Of a DNA stretch of 57,103 nt, positions 28,827 to 37,866 are shown piece by piece. The DNA lies in the IMG/VR virus record IMGVR_UViG_3300028666_000023, positions 1 through 57,103 of that record; one strand, written 5' to 3'. Numbering within the stretch: the stretch's first letter is position 1; the number at the start of each line of letters is the position of its first letter. The position numbers and the translations under genes were made by a program. This DNA is from a virus. The notes beneath the pieces were generated by a model. That model searched no databases. It had not been told where the DNA came from and saw only the letters and a list, made by a program, of their open reading frames with translations.

Positions 28827-28950
28827 ACTACGGGTTGTAGTCGCACCGTAGATCCAGCCCGATTCGTGGGCTGAGCGCTTGGACACGTTGACAGCCTGCG
28901 TGGGCGTGACGCAGGCTGGTTGGTCCGGGCGGTGCGTGTTTTTTTCTAGC
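28827..28950 (+). other. Multi-stem intergenic structured element ending in a T tract (ncRNA, terminator or origin candidate)
   Basis: Stems ACTAC/GTAGT, CGCACCG/CGGTGCG, CAGCCC/GGGCTG, GGAC/GTCC and CAGCCTGCGT/ACGCAGGCTG, then TTTTTTTCTAGC. Confidence 0.5.
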
Positions 28951-28976
28951 ACCCCAAAGACCAACAACTCGTTGGC

Positions 28977-28994
28977 ATAAGGGCGTGCGGGAGG
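28977..28994 (+). promoter_or_regulatory. ATAAG-type phage promoter candidate
   Basis: ATAAGGGCGTGCGGGAGG upstream of dnaB; spacer is 1 nt longer than in the other copies. Confidence 0.5.
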
Positions 28995-29029
28995 ACCCGC
29001 ACCGGAAAACCCGGTTTGCAGGAGGCCAG

Positions 29030-30454
29030 ATGTCCGCAGAGCTCTCCCTCATTCGACGCATCATCGATACACAAGGAGTACAAGGCGCACTCGACTATGG
29101 AATAACCGAGTCCGACTTCACAGAACAACAGGCGAAGGTCGCCTGGCAAATCGTCTACAACTGGTTCCTCGATCCCGCGACGCGCGGCTCGACGATCTCA
29201 CTTCACGTCTTCCAGAAGCACTTCTCGAGCGTGCCTCTTCAAGACATCTTCCCCGGGCAAACACTCGACACGCTCTGCTTCCTCGTGCGTACGAACCGCA
29301 TGCGCCGCGAAGCTTCACAGGCGATGGTCGATCTGGCGTCTGAGATGGAAGCGCCGAACGCCGACATGATCACCGCGATGGCGCGGTTGAGCGGGAGGAT
29401 GAACAGCCTCATCGCACTCGGCCAAACGAAGAACTCGGACTTCGACAGCGCAAAGGGCTTCTCCCGACAGCTGCAGAGGATCCTCGATATTCGCGCGGGC
29501 ATCGACAACGCCGTCGCGCCATGGCCGTGGGAGGCGCTCCAGCGCGCGACGCTCGGCGTACAGCCAGACGACTACGTCGTCTTCTACGGCCGACCGAAGC
29601 AGATGAAGTCGTGGGTGCTCGCGTATCTCATCGCGTTCTACTTCGACCAGCAGATCCCCATCGTCGTCTACACGAAGGAAATGACGCCGGACAACATCTA
29701 CCAGCGCGTCATCTCGGTCCTGCTGAAGCAGGTGTACCAGAACTACCGTCTCGGAAACGTGAGCGAAGAAGAGCTGGCGTACATCCGTGACAGCGCGAAC
29801 GCAATGATGCAGGACCAGATCCTCTCGCGGACCCTGGTCGTGCTCTCAGGCCGTGACGTCCCCGCCGGCGCCGACACGGTCGAGTGGTACAAGAGCAAGC
29901 TCGAGAAGTACAAGCCGAAGATCGGCATGGTCGACGGGCTCTACTTGCTCGCGGGCTCTGCCCGCTCGAAGCAGCAGAAGGACAACGAGCGCGTGCAGAG
30001 CATCTCACGCGGGCTGCGTGGCATCCCCCTCGAGCTCGGCATCCCCATCATCGCGACGAACCAAGCGAACCGCGCCGCTGCCAAGAACCGCGACGCGAAC
30101 CTCGACGAGCTGGCCTTCTCGGACGCGCTGGCGCAGGACGCAACGCTCGCCGCGCGCGTCATCGCAGACAAGGCGTCTCCGACCATCAGCATCGTCATCG
30201 GCGGTAGCCGCGAGTTCAAGATGCACGGCTTCCGCATCAACGCCCAGCCCGCAGTCGACTTCTCCTACCACTCGGAGCTCACCGAGGAGGACATCACTGC
30301 GGCGAAGGCAGCCGAGCAAGCCGACGAGGAAAACAAGAAGGGCAAGAAGACGAAGCGTCAGCCGACGGACAACCCGAACGCGGTGGACGACGCCAAAGAG
30401 ACGCAGCAGCGCTTGATGGAGGCTGCGAACGCGCAGCCGGCCATTCCTTCATGA
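29030..30454 (+). CDS. dnaB: DnaB-like replicative helicase
   Basis: Walker A variant YGRPKQMKS, KEM, Walker B MVDGL, NQANR, LAFSDALAQDA; AGGAGG RBS. Confidence 0.85.
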   Translation: MSAELSLIRRIIDTQGVQGALDYGITESDFTEQQAKVAWQIVYNWFLDPATRGSTISLHVFQKHFSSVPLQDIFPGQTLDTLCFLVRTNRMRREASQAMVDLASEMEAPNADMITAMARLSGRMNSLIALGQTKNSDFDSAKGFSRQLQRILDIRAGIDNAVAPWPWEALQRATLGVQPDDYVVFYGRPKQMKSWVLAYLIAFYFDQQIPIVVYTKEMTPDNIYQRVISVLLKQVYQNYRLGNVSEEELAYIRDSANAMMQDQILSRTLVVLSGRDVPAGADTVEWYKSKLEKYKPKIGMVDGLYLLAGSARSKQQKDNERVQSISRGLRGIPLELGIPIIATNQANRAAAKNRDANLDELAFSDALAQDATLAARVIADKASPTISIVIGGSREFKMHGFRINAQPAVDFSYHSELTEEDITAAKAAEQADEENKKGKKTKRQPTDNPNAVDDAKETQQRLMEAANAQPAIPS

Positions 30455-31473
30455 CGCCGCTCGTAGATCTCGTCCGGCCGTATCTCAAGAAGATCAAGAA
30501 GACCGGCACCGAGAACATCATGGCCGTCTGTCCCTTCCATCGGAAGTCGGACGGCAGCGAGGAGCGCAGCGGCTCCTTCGCGATGAACATCTACAACGGC
30601 CTCTGGTACTGCCACTCCTGTCATGAGGCAGGGACGATCCGAACTTTTCTCGAGCGCATCGGGATGTCGGACTTCGCCATCAAGCAGTACTCGCCGCTCA
30701 TCCAAGAGGCTGCGAAGGCCCTCCCCGCGCCGCGCTCGCCGCTGCAACCCATCGAGCCTACGGAGACACCACTCGAGGAGAGCTTCCTCGGCGTGTTCGA
30801 TGTCGTCCCCGAAGAGATCTTGAGGGACCCGCAGTTTCTCGGCGGCTTCACGAGCGAAGTACTGCAGCACTTCGACATCGGCTTCGACAGCCTGCACCAG
30901 CGCATCACCTTTCCCCTGCGCGACATGCAAGGACGACTCGTGGGCATCAGCGGCCGCACCCTTCGCGGCAACGTCAAATACAAGGTCTACGACAAGGAAT
31001 ACGAGGAGTGGGGGTTGCCGTCGCGTCCGACGGAGAAACGCGCCCTGCTCTGGAATGCGCATGCCGTCGAGCAGCGCATCCTTCTTTCGACCGACGAGAC
31101 GGAGAAGTACGTCGTCCTCGTCGAAGGCTTCAAGGCCTGCATGAACCTCGTGCAAGCAGGTGTGGAAAACACCGTGGCGCTTCTGGGCTCGTACCTCGCG
31201 GACGAACAGAAGTGGTGGGTCCAGCGAATGGGAGTTCCCGTCTACATCATGCTCGACAACAACGAAGCCGGCTTCAGCGGTGCACTTCAAACTGGTCGAG
31301 CACTACCAAGTGGACTATTCTCTCCGGTCAGCATCGTGGCTTACGACAAGCCACAACCATCGGACCTATCAGCAGCAGAAGTCATCGAAGCACTACTACA
31401 AGCAACAGCATTCGACGCGTGGTTCGTTCAGCAGATGATGGAACACGCCGATCTAAACAGTCTCAGGAGTTGA
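30451..31473 (+). CDS. dnaG: DnaG-like primase (CHC2 Zn finger + Toprim)
   Basis: CPFH...CHSC, RITFPLRD..GRLVGISGR, VEGF, VALLG, LDNNEAG. Confidence 0.85.
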   Translation: MTPLVDLVRPYLKKIKKTGTENIMAVCPFHRKSDGSEERSGSFAMNIYNGLWYCHSCHEAGTIRTFLERIGMSDFAIKQYSPLIQEAAKALPAPRSPLQPIEPTETPLEESFLGVFDVVPEEILRDPQFLGGFTSEVLQHFDIGFDSLHQRITFPLRDMQGRLVGISGRTLRGNVKYKVYDKEYEEWGLPSRPTEKRALLWNAHAVEQRILLSTDETEKYVVLVEGFKACMNLVQAGVENTVALLGSYLADEQKWWVQRMGVPVYIMLDNNEAGFSGALQTGRALPSGLFSPVSIVAYDKPQPSDLSAAEVIEALLQATAFDAWFVQQMMEHADLNSLRS

Positions 31474-31477
31474 AAAC

Positions 31478-32758
31478 ATGGCATACGGTAAAGACGACGC
31501 GGGCCGCGCAGCGGTCCAGCAGGGTGCGTTTCGTGGGACGTCAGGACGGACATTCAATCAGGCCTCGCGCGCGCTCTCGCGCAACCGCTTCCCGGGTCAG
31601 GGCGGCGAAGGTGGACGTGGCGGTTCGATGTACTGGATCGACCAGTACCAGCCGCCGATCGGCTACGACGGACAGATTCGTCTGCTCGCCGGGCAGTTCA
31701 AGCAAGAGGAGCTCGTGCAAACCGGACCGGGCTACAACGACGTCGATGTCGTCGAGGTGGACTCCGAGTTCGTGAAGTTCGTGGAGCACTTCGACGGGCG
31801 CAACCAGAAGAGCACGATCTGCTCGGCCGGCGCGCTCGCGAACTACCGCGACAAGCGCAAGGACTGCTACGGCTGCGACATCTACTGGGAGACCGCCGAG
31901 CGTGGCCAGAACGGGCGCGTCGACTCGAAGCGCATGTCGAAGCAGAGCAAGTACGCGTTCGCCGTCTTCGACTACCGCCCGTACCACCAGGTCGAAGTCA
32001 TCGACAAGGAGACGGGTCGACCGAAGGTGAACAACTCGGGCCAGTCGTACAAGGACTGGAAGGTCTGCGTCGGCCGCGGCTGCGACTACTGCAAAGCCGG
32101 CATCGAAGTGAAGGTCGGTCACTCCACGCACTGGGCGATCAACTACACCCAACTGCAGGCCTTCCGCGCCACCGAGCGCGACGTGGGTCGCTCGTGCGCC
32201 GTGTGCGGCGGCGTCGACTGCGTTCAAAGCCTCGGCTGGATGTGTGGGTCGTGCGGCGAGTGCGTCATCGACATGGCAACGACGGAGCTCCAACCGAAGG
32301 AGCTCATCGATCGCACGGAGAACGAACAGGTCTGTCCGTACTGCAACTTCACCGACTTCCTCACGGAAGTCTACGAGTGTCCGCCGTGCGCGGCGCGAGG
32401 GGTGAGCGGCCTGCGCGCTACGCTTTTCGACGTCGACCTCTGGGTCACGATGATGCAGCTCGAAGGGAACAAGAAGCAGCTCGTCATCAAAAAGTTCAGT
32501 GCGCCCCATCAGATCCCCCCGGAGTTCGTCGAGGCCGCAAAGCCCATCGAGCTCCTGAAGAAGTACCGCCCCGACTCGCTCGACGCGCAGGCGAAGAAGT
32601 TCGGGCACGCACCGGGCGCAGCGCAGCCGCCGCAAGGACAGGAGGCGCAGCAGCCGCAAGGCGCGCCGCCTCCGCAACAGCCCACGCAGCAGTTCGGCTC
32701 TCGCTTGGGGACCAACATCCCCTACCAGAACCCGAACACTCCGAAGCTCACCGGTTGA
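31478..32758 (+). CDS. Putative ssDNA-binding protein (gp32-like) with multiple Zn ribbons
   Basis: Lies between primase and polymerase; H...TIC...CYGC pattern and six CxxC pairs. Confidence 0.5.
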   Translation: MAYGKDDAGRAAVQQGAFRGTSGRTFNQASRALSRNRFPGQGGEGGRGGSMYWIDQYQPPIGYDGQIRLLAGQFKQEELVQTGPGYNDVDVVEVDSEFVKFVEHFDGRNQKSTICSAGALANYRDKRKDCYGCDIYWETAERGQNGRVDSKRMSKQSKYAFAVFDYRPYHQVEVIDKETGRPKVNNSGQSYKDWKVCVGRGCDYCKAGIEVKVGHSTHWAINYTQLQAFRATERDVGRSCAVCGGVDCVQSLGWMCGSCGECVIDMATTELQPKELIDRTENEQVCPYCNFTDFLTEVYECPPCAARGVSGLRATLFDVDLWVTMMQLEGNKKQLVIKKFSAPHQIPPEFVEAAKPIELLKKYRPDSLDAQAKKFGHAPGAAQPPQGQEAQQPQGAPPPQQPTQQFGSRLGTNIPYQNPNTPKLTG

Positions 32759-32764
32759 CGACGG

Positions 32765-32802
32765 AGCGGGGGCGCGCCACGCGCGCTCCCGCTTTCTCTT
32801 AG
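32765..32802 (+). terminator. Hairpin plus TTCTCTTAG tail before polA
   Basis: 12-bp stem AGCGGGGGCGCG/CGCGCTCCCGCT; the tail overlaps the polA RBS. Confidence 0.5.
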
Positions 32803-32812
32803 GAGCGAAAAC

Positions 32813-34897
32813 ATGTGGAACGTATCCATTCCGGATGCCCAGTGGGTACCGGACGGGAACGAGGCACTCGATGGCCTCGTTCGTGAAGTGCTCGATCAAG
32901 ACGTCGTCGCGATCGACACCGAGACTACCGGCCTGAGTGTGTGGGGTGACCACCCGCTCTACTGGTCTATGGCGTGGGGCGACAAACGCCGCGTCGCGAT
33001 GCCGATTCAAACGCTTCGGCACTTCGAAGATGCCTTCAAAGAAGAAGGCAAGCGCTGGGTGTTTGCGAACGCGAAGTTCGACATGCACATGCTCGCAAAC
33101 GTCGGGGTCGACTTCGCAGGTGAGTGCGTCGACACCCAGGTGATGCACGCGCTGCTCTACGAGGAAGATCCCCACGGCCTGAAGGAGATGGCGAGTCACA
33201 TCCTCGGCTGGCGTTGGTCGGACTTCTTCGACACGTTCCCCCCGCAGCTCGTCCCCGATTACAACCAGTCGCCCAAGGTGTTGAAGACGGGCCGGCTGTC
33301 GCAGCCGACGCGCCGTGAGACGAACGCGGAGCTCTTCAAGCGTATCGAGGAGACGAACCTCTACAAGCTCGTCGACTATGCTTCGAACGACGCTTACGGC
33401 ACGCTGCGCATCTACGACAAGCTCCTCGACGAGCTTCGGCGCACGCCCATCCACAGCTTCTACCCGGAGTGGTTGCCGAACATGGAGGCGCTCTTCTTTC
33501 GCACCGAGGTGCCCTTCACGAAGGTGCTCTACTCGTGCGAGCGCAACGGTGTCTACGTGGACTCGCAGTACCTCGAGTCCTTGCGCGAGCCCATCGAGCG
33601 GGAGATGGACAAGTTGAAGCGCGAGGCGGTTGCGATCGCCGGCACGAACTTCAACATCAACTCCGACGAGCAGATGCGCTGGTACTTGTTCGACAAGCTC
33701 AACCTCCGCCCGATCTCGTGGACGAAGGGCGGCAAGAAGGGCATCAAGAAGCCCTCGGTCGACGCGAACACACTCGAGCACTTCGCCGGCGAGATTCCTC
33801 CCGGACCCGGCGCGGCCATCTGCAAGGTCGCGCTGCGGCACGGCGATCTCGACAAGACGCTCGGCACGTACATCAACGGCCTCAGCAAGCACATGGATCC
33901 ACAGGGGCGCGTCCACTGCCGTTTGAATCAGGACATCGCGCGCACGGGGCGCCTGAGCTCATCGAACCCGAACCTGCAGAATATCCCCAAGCCCGAGAGC
34001 GACGCGTTCAAACTTCGTGGTGCGTTCCGTGCGCAGCCTGGGAGCGGCAACGCTCTCCTCGTCAACGACTACGAGCAGCTCGAGATGCGCCTGCTCGCTG
34101 CCGCCACCGTGTCGAAGGAGCACCCCGAGGGCGCGAAGGAGATGATTCAGATCTTCCTCGATGGCAAGGACATCCACATGGGCAACGCGGCCATGGTGTA
34201 CGGCCCGCTCTACCAACGCGACCACGGCTGGCTGATGACGTACGACGACCTCGTCAGCGCGAAGAAGACCGACAAGAAGGTGAAGGCCGGCGAGCTCCCC
34301 GCGAGCGCGATGGACGAACACGTCATGTTGGCGCTCGAAGCCCGCAACGCGATCAAGTCCGTCGGCTTCGGTCTCAATTACGGGATGAAGGAAAATAAGT
34401 TGGCTCGGCAGCTCGGCATCACCACGGAAGCTGCAGAGAAGATCATCGAAGCTTACCTCGACACGTACCCCGCGGTGAAGAAGTTCTACGGTGCCTGCAT
34501 TGCGGAGACGCAGCAAGACGGCTTCTCGTTCTCCATTCTCGGACGCCGACGCTTCCACCCCGCCATCAACGGGTACAACGCGTACGAGCGTTGGAGCGAA
34601 GAGCGCAAGTGCGTGAACATGAACATCCAAGGCGGAGCGGCCGACGTCGTCCGCATGGCGATGATTTGGATTCACCAAGCCGGCCTCGACAAGAAGCTCG
34701 GATGCCGGATGCTGCTCCAGGTGCACGACGAGCTCATGTTCGAGTGCCCTGAAGAGACGATCAAAGAAGCACAGGCCATCATCGGCCCCATCATGGAGCA
34801 CGCGCTCGCGATGTGCCCCGCGCAAGGAGCTCGCGATCTCGCGGTTCCGCTTACGACCTCTACGGGCATCGGGCCCAGCTGGATGGAGGCGAAGTGA
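32813..34897 (+). CDS. polA: DNA polymerase family A with 3'-5' exonuclease
   Basis: Exo DTETT, NAKFD, YASND; RTGRLSS..PNLQNIP; motif A DYEQLEMR; motif B RNAIKSVGFGLNYG; motif C VHDE. Confidence 0.97.
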   Translation: MWNVSIPDAQWVPDGNEALDGLVREVLDQDVVAIDTETTGLSVWGDHPLYWSMAWGDKRRVAMPIQTLRHFEDAFKEEGKRWVFANAKFDMHMLANVGVDFAGECVDTQVMHALLYEEDPHGLKEMASHILGWRWSDFFDTFPPQLVPDYNQSPKVLKTGRLSQPTRRETNAELFKRIEETNLYKLVDYASNDAYGTLRIYDKLLDELRRTPIHSFYPEWLPNMEALFFRTEVPFTKVLYSCERNGVYVDSQYLESLREPIEREMDKLKREAVAIAGTNFNINSDEQMRWYLFDKLNLRPISWTKGGKKGIKKPSVDANTLEHFAGEIPPGPGAAICKVALRHGDLDKTLGTYINGLSKHMDPQGRVHCRLNQDIARTGRLSSSNPNLQNIPKPESDAFKLRGAFRAQPGSGNALLVNDYEQLEMRLLAAATVSKEHPEGAKEMIQIFLDGKDIHMGNAAMVYGPLYQRDHGWLMTYDDLVSAKKTDKKVKAGELPASAMDEHVMLALEARNAIKSVGFGLNYGMKENKLARQLGITTEAAEKIIEAYLDTYPAVKKFYGACIAETQQDGFSFSILGRRRFHPAINGYNAYERWSEERKCVNMNIQGGAADVVRMAMIWIHQAGLDKKLGCRMLLQVHDELMFECPEETIKEAQAIIGPIMEHALAMCPAQGARDLAVPLTTSTGIGPSWMEAK

Positions 34898-35214
34898 CAT
34901 GCCCGAGCGACGACTGCCCGATGTGCACGGGCGAGGCGTGCGCGAAGTGCGGCGCCGGGTGCTGGAACGGGAGTCCGGCCAACCGCGGCGAGCCGCCGTG
35001 TGAGCACGACGTCATCGAGAGACACGAAGAGCCAACAAGGAGAGAGACCATGGAGAAGTTCGGAGTCGACGAAGGTGTGGATCAAGACGCGCTGGAGAAG
35101 GCGGCCGCAGAGGGCTGTCCGAAGTGCGGCAAGGCGCTCGTGAAGCACGGCAGCGTGCTCATGTGCCCGGAGCACGGGTCGGAGCCGTTCGAGAAGCAGG
35201 AGGAGAAGAAGTAA
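34894..35214 (+). CDS. Small Cys-rich Zn-ribbon protein (alternative start at 35050)
   Basis: CPMC, CAKC, CPKC, CPEH; GTGA overlap with the polA stop; a second RBS-like sequence precedes ATG 35050. Confidence 0.6.
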   Translation: MTCPSDDCPMCTGEACAKCGAGCWNGSPANRGEPPCEHDVIERHEEPTRRETMEKFGVDEGVDQDALEKAAAEGCPKCGKALVKHGSVLMCPEHGSEPFEKQEEKK

Positions 35215-36483
35215 ATGCCGCGGATGCCAGTCACTGACCTGAACAAGCAGATCGCGCAGCTCGAAGCGCGCATGAACAAGAACCCGGCGGTGAAGGGCGC
35301 TTCGGTGATGGCGGACATCCACACCGCGCCGAACACGTACTTCCTCCGCCGGCCGAGCGGCATCATTCAGCTCGACATCGACACCGGTGGTGGTCTGCCC
35401 GCCGGTGGGCTCACGTACATCTCGGGGCCCGACAACGTCGGCAAGAGCGTGCTGCTCTACAAGTACACCGCGATGAACCAGAAGCTCCTCGGCAACAAGT
35501 CCGCGGTGGCCCTGGGCTTCGCGGAGTCGGCGCCGGACCACTTCTTCATGCGGAAGTGCGGTGTGCAACTGCGCATCCCCGAGGACATGATCGAGGAGCG
35601 TGTCGCCGAGCGAAAGGTGCGTGGCCAAGCGCCGTTCACGAAAGAGGAGCTCGCGGCCTTTCGCCAGCCGACGGTCGGTGCATTGAAGATCGTGCGCGGC
35701 GCGACGGGCGAGGAGATCTTGCAGGGCATCCTCGACTGCTTTGAGGCGAACTGCTTCGACATCGTCTCGTGCGACTCCATCTCGGCGATTCTGCCGGAGT
35801 CGGACGCAGGCAAGGCGATCGACGAGAACGAGAAGCGAGCGGCCGCGGCGGGCCTCGTGACGAAGTTCTTCAAGCACTACTTGAACGGGACGACCGGCTA
35901 CTCCTGCAGGAACGAGACGACGGTCATCTTCATCTCGCAGGTGCGGTCGAACTCGAAAAAGGCGGAAGCGCCAGCGCACATCGCGAAGTACCTGCCCGAC
36001 TACGCTCCGCAGGGCGCGTGGGCGGCGAAGCACGGCAAGCTCATCGACATCCTTCTCAAGCCCGGCCAGAAGGAGAAGGAGAACGCGGTGGCTGCGGAGC
36101 CCGTGACGACGTTCGGCGCGTTGCTGAAGAGCAAGGACGCGCGGACGAAGCGCGTGCAGGTCGGCAAGGCGGTGAACTACGAGATCATCAAGGGTAAGGC
36201 CGGCACGCACGACGGCATCACGGGCGAGTACGACTTCGACTACGACAAGATCGTAGATGACCAGCGCTTGCTCCTGGTGACCGCATTCGCGCGCGGCATC
36301 GGCATCGAGCGCGACGGCAAGGTTACCGTCCTGAACCACGCGACGGGCAAGCCCTTCGACCAGCTGCACAACGTCGTTGGCATCGAGAAGGCCTGCGGCA
36401 TGCTGCGCGACGACTTCGAGCTCGAGCTCGCTGTTCGGCGGTCCGTGCTCTCAGCTGTCGGCGTCGAATGCGCCTATCGCTGA
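35215..36483 (+). CDS. recA: RecA/UvsX-like recombinase
   Basis: LDIDTGGGLPAG..TYISGPDNVGKS, CDSI, IFISQVR. Confidence 0.9.
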   Translation: MPRMPVTDLNKQIAQLEARMNKNPAVKGASVMADIHTAPNTYFLRRPSGIIQLDIDTGGGLPAGGLTYISGPDNVGKSVLLYKYTAMNQKLLGNKSAVALGFAESAPDHFFMRKCGVQLRIPEDMIEERVAERKVRGQAPFTKEELAAFRQPTVGALKIVRGATGEEILQGILDCFEANCFDIVSCDSISAILPESDAGKAIDENEKRAAAAGLVTKFFKHYLNGTTGYSCRNETTVIFISQVRSNSKKAEAPAHIAKYLPDYAPQGAWAAKHGKLIDILLKPGQKEKENAVAAEPVTTFGALLKSKDARTKRVQVGKAVNYEIIKGKAGTHDGITGEYDFDYDKIVDDQRLLLVTAFARGIGIERDGKVTVLNHATGKPFDQLHNVVGIEKACGMLRDDFELELAVRRSVLSAVGVECAYR

Positions 36484-37013
36484 CAGTGGAGGCGCGCGAG
36501 GGGACCTGCTCCAAGTGCGGAGAGGGTCCCCTGCCCGTCATCCCCTTTCTCTTCATCACCGAGCAGCACTCGGGAGAGGCAACACCCCTCTGCAAAGGGT
36601 GCCTGTTCGACCCCGGTGGCCTCGCCGCGGAGGTCGAGATGGAGGAGCTCGCGCCGGGGCGCCGCAAGCACAAGTTCAAGAAGAACAAGAAACGCTCGCT
36701 CCAACAAGAAGTCGACATCATGGACGAGCTCGGCGGCCGAACGCAGCCAGGCTCCGGCAACCAGGCCGGGGCCAAGGGTGATGGACGGAAGAAGGGCGAA
36801 CTACGTGTAGAGGCGAAGTTCACCGAAGCCAACTCCTACAGCCTGGTGCTCGACGACCTCTACAAGATCGCCGGCGAGGCCACGTTTGGGGAGCTCCCGC
36901 TCTTCGTAATTGACTTCCTCGAACCGGGAAAAAGAAGCCTGAAGGACCGATTCGCGGTCCTCCATTTCACGGACCTGAAGGGACTACTAGATGCCGCTCG
37001 TAACCATCGCTGA
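36468..37013 (+). CDS. Hjc-like PD-(D/E)xK nuclease / Holliday junction resolvase with N-terminal Zn finger
   Basis: QE...GGRTQPGSG...KGD...VEAK; CSKC...CKGC. Confidence 0.7.
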   Translation: MRLSLTVEAREGTCSKCGEGPLPVIPFLFITEQHSGEATPLCKGCLFDPGGLAAEVEMEELAPGRRKHKFKKNKKRSLQQEVDIMDELGGRTQPGSGNQAGAKGDGRKKGELRVEAKFTEANSYSLVLDDLYKIAGEATFGELPLFVIDFLEPGKRSLKDRFAVLHFTDLKGLLDAARNHR

Positions 37014-37866
37014 CCTCAACGGCCCGGCCGAGGAGGTCACGGAGTGCGTGCAGCTCGCAAAAGAGCTCTCGCTCATGTACGACCACGTCGCCAGCACGGA
37101 CGATGAGGGGAAGAGCCGCGCCCCCGGCATCCACGCCTCCGAGCTGTTCCCCTGTCTCCGGCGCGCGGTGTACTCACTCCAGGGTGTGGAGAGGCGGCCG
37201 CGCATCGCCAAGTTCTGGAGGCAGCGTTTCAAGATGGGGCACGCCGTGCACGCGTTCGTGCAAGCCGACTTCCACGAGCTCGCGCGACGATCGGCCATGG
37301 ACAACGCCTGGCGGCAGGCGGAGCTCGTCGCGAAGGCGCACGACTACATCATCGAGTTCGAAGACGAGGTGACCGTCGCGCCCGACAAGCAGGAGGTCGC
37401 GCGCGTCTTCAACGTCCACTCCCACTGCGACGGCCTCTTCAAGTTCTACAACCGGGTGACCGGGGAGCTGAAGCTGCGCGTGGGCTTGGAGATCAAGACC
37501 GAGGCGCCCGACGGCTACGAGAAGCTGAAGGAGCCGAAGGAAGAACACGTCCGGCAGACGCACCTCTACATGGCGTGTCTCGATGTTCCCCTCATGTGGT
37601 TCTTCTACATGAACAAGGGGAACCAGAACAACACGGCGTCGACCGCTCCGTACCTCATCGCGTTCAACACGGCGAAGTGGATGGAGATCGAAGCGCAGTG
37701 CAATCAGGCCCTCGAACACGCTCGCAACAACGTCCTTCCCGATAGAGCGGAAGGCATCTGGTGCGAGTTTTGCCCATGGAGTTACACGTGTCAGCCGAAC
37801 AACATGATGAAGCTGCAACAGCGCCCGCAGAATCCCAAGAAGGTCAGCCTCCGCGTCAACAAGTGA
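36991..37866 (+). CDS. Cas4/RecB-like PD-(D/E)xK exonuclease
   Basis: ASELFPCLRR, GHAVH, DG, EIKT, QTHLY, CEFCPWSYTC Fe-S staple pattern. Confidence 0.85.
   Translation: MPLVTIADLNGPAEEVTECVQLAKELSLMYDHVASTDDEGKSRAPGIHASELFPCLRRAVYSLQGVERRPRIAKFWRQRFKMGHAVHAFVQADFHELARRSAMDNAWRQAELVAKAHDYIIEFEDEVTVAPDKQEVARVFNVHSHCDGLFKFYNRVTGELKLRVGLEIKTEAPDGYEKLKEPKEEHVRQTHLYMACLDVPLMWFFYMNKGNQNNTASTAPYLIAFNTAKWMEIEAQCNQALEHARNNVLPDRAEGIWCEFCPWSYTCQPNNMMKLQQRPQNPKKVSLRVNK

Noticed and set aside
28827-28950. tRNA or hammerhead ribozyme
   Set aside because: No T-loop (TTCRA) in the right position, no anticodon arm geometry, and no CUGANGA/GAAA core on either strand; kept only as an unassigned structure.
31541-36369. 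Long minus-strand ORFs (31541..33916, 34672..36369) and similar shadows such as 2766..4772 and 41653..43971
   Set aside because: They overlap well-supported genes on the opposite strand and have shadow-ORF composition.
36991-37866. CRISPR-Cas system suggested by the Cas4-like gene
   Set aside because: No repeat-spacer array or other cas genes were seen; the context is recombination.
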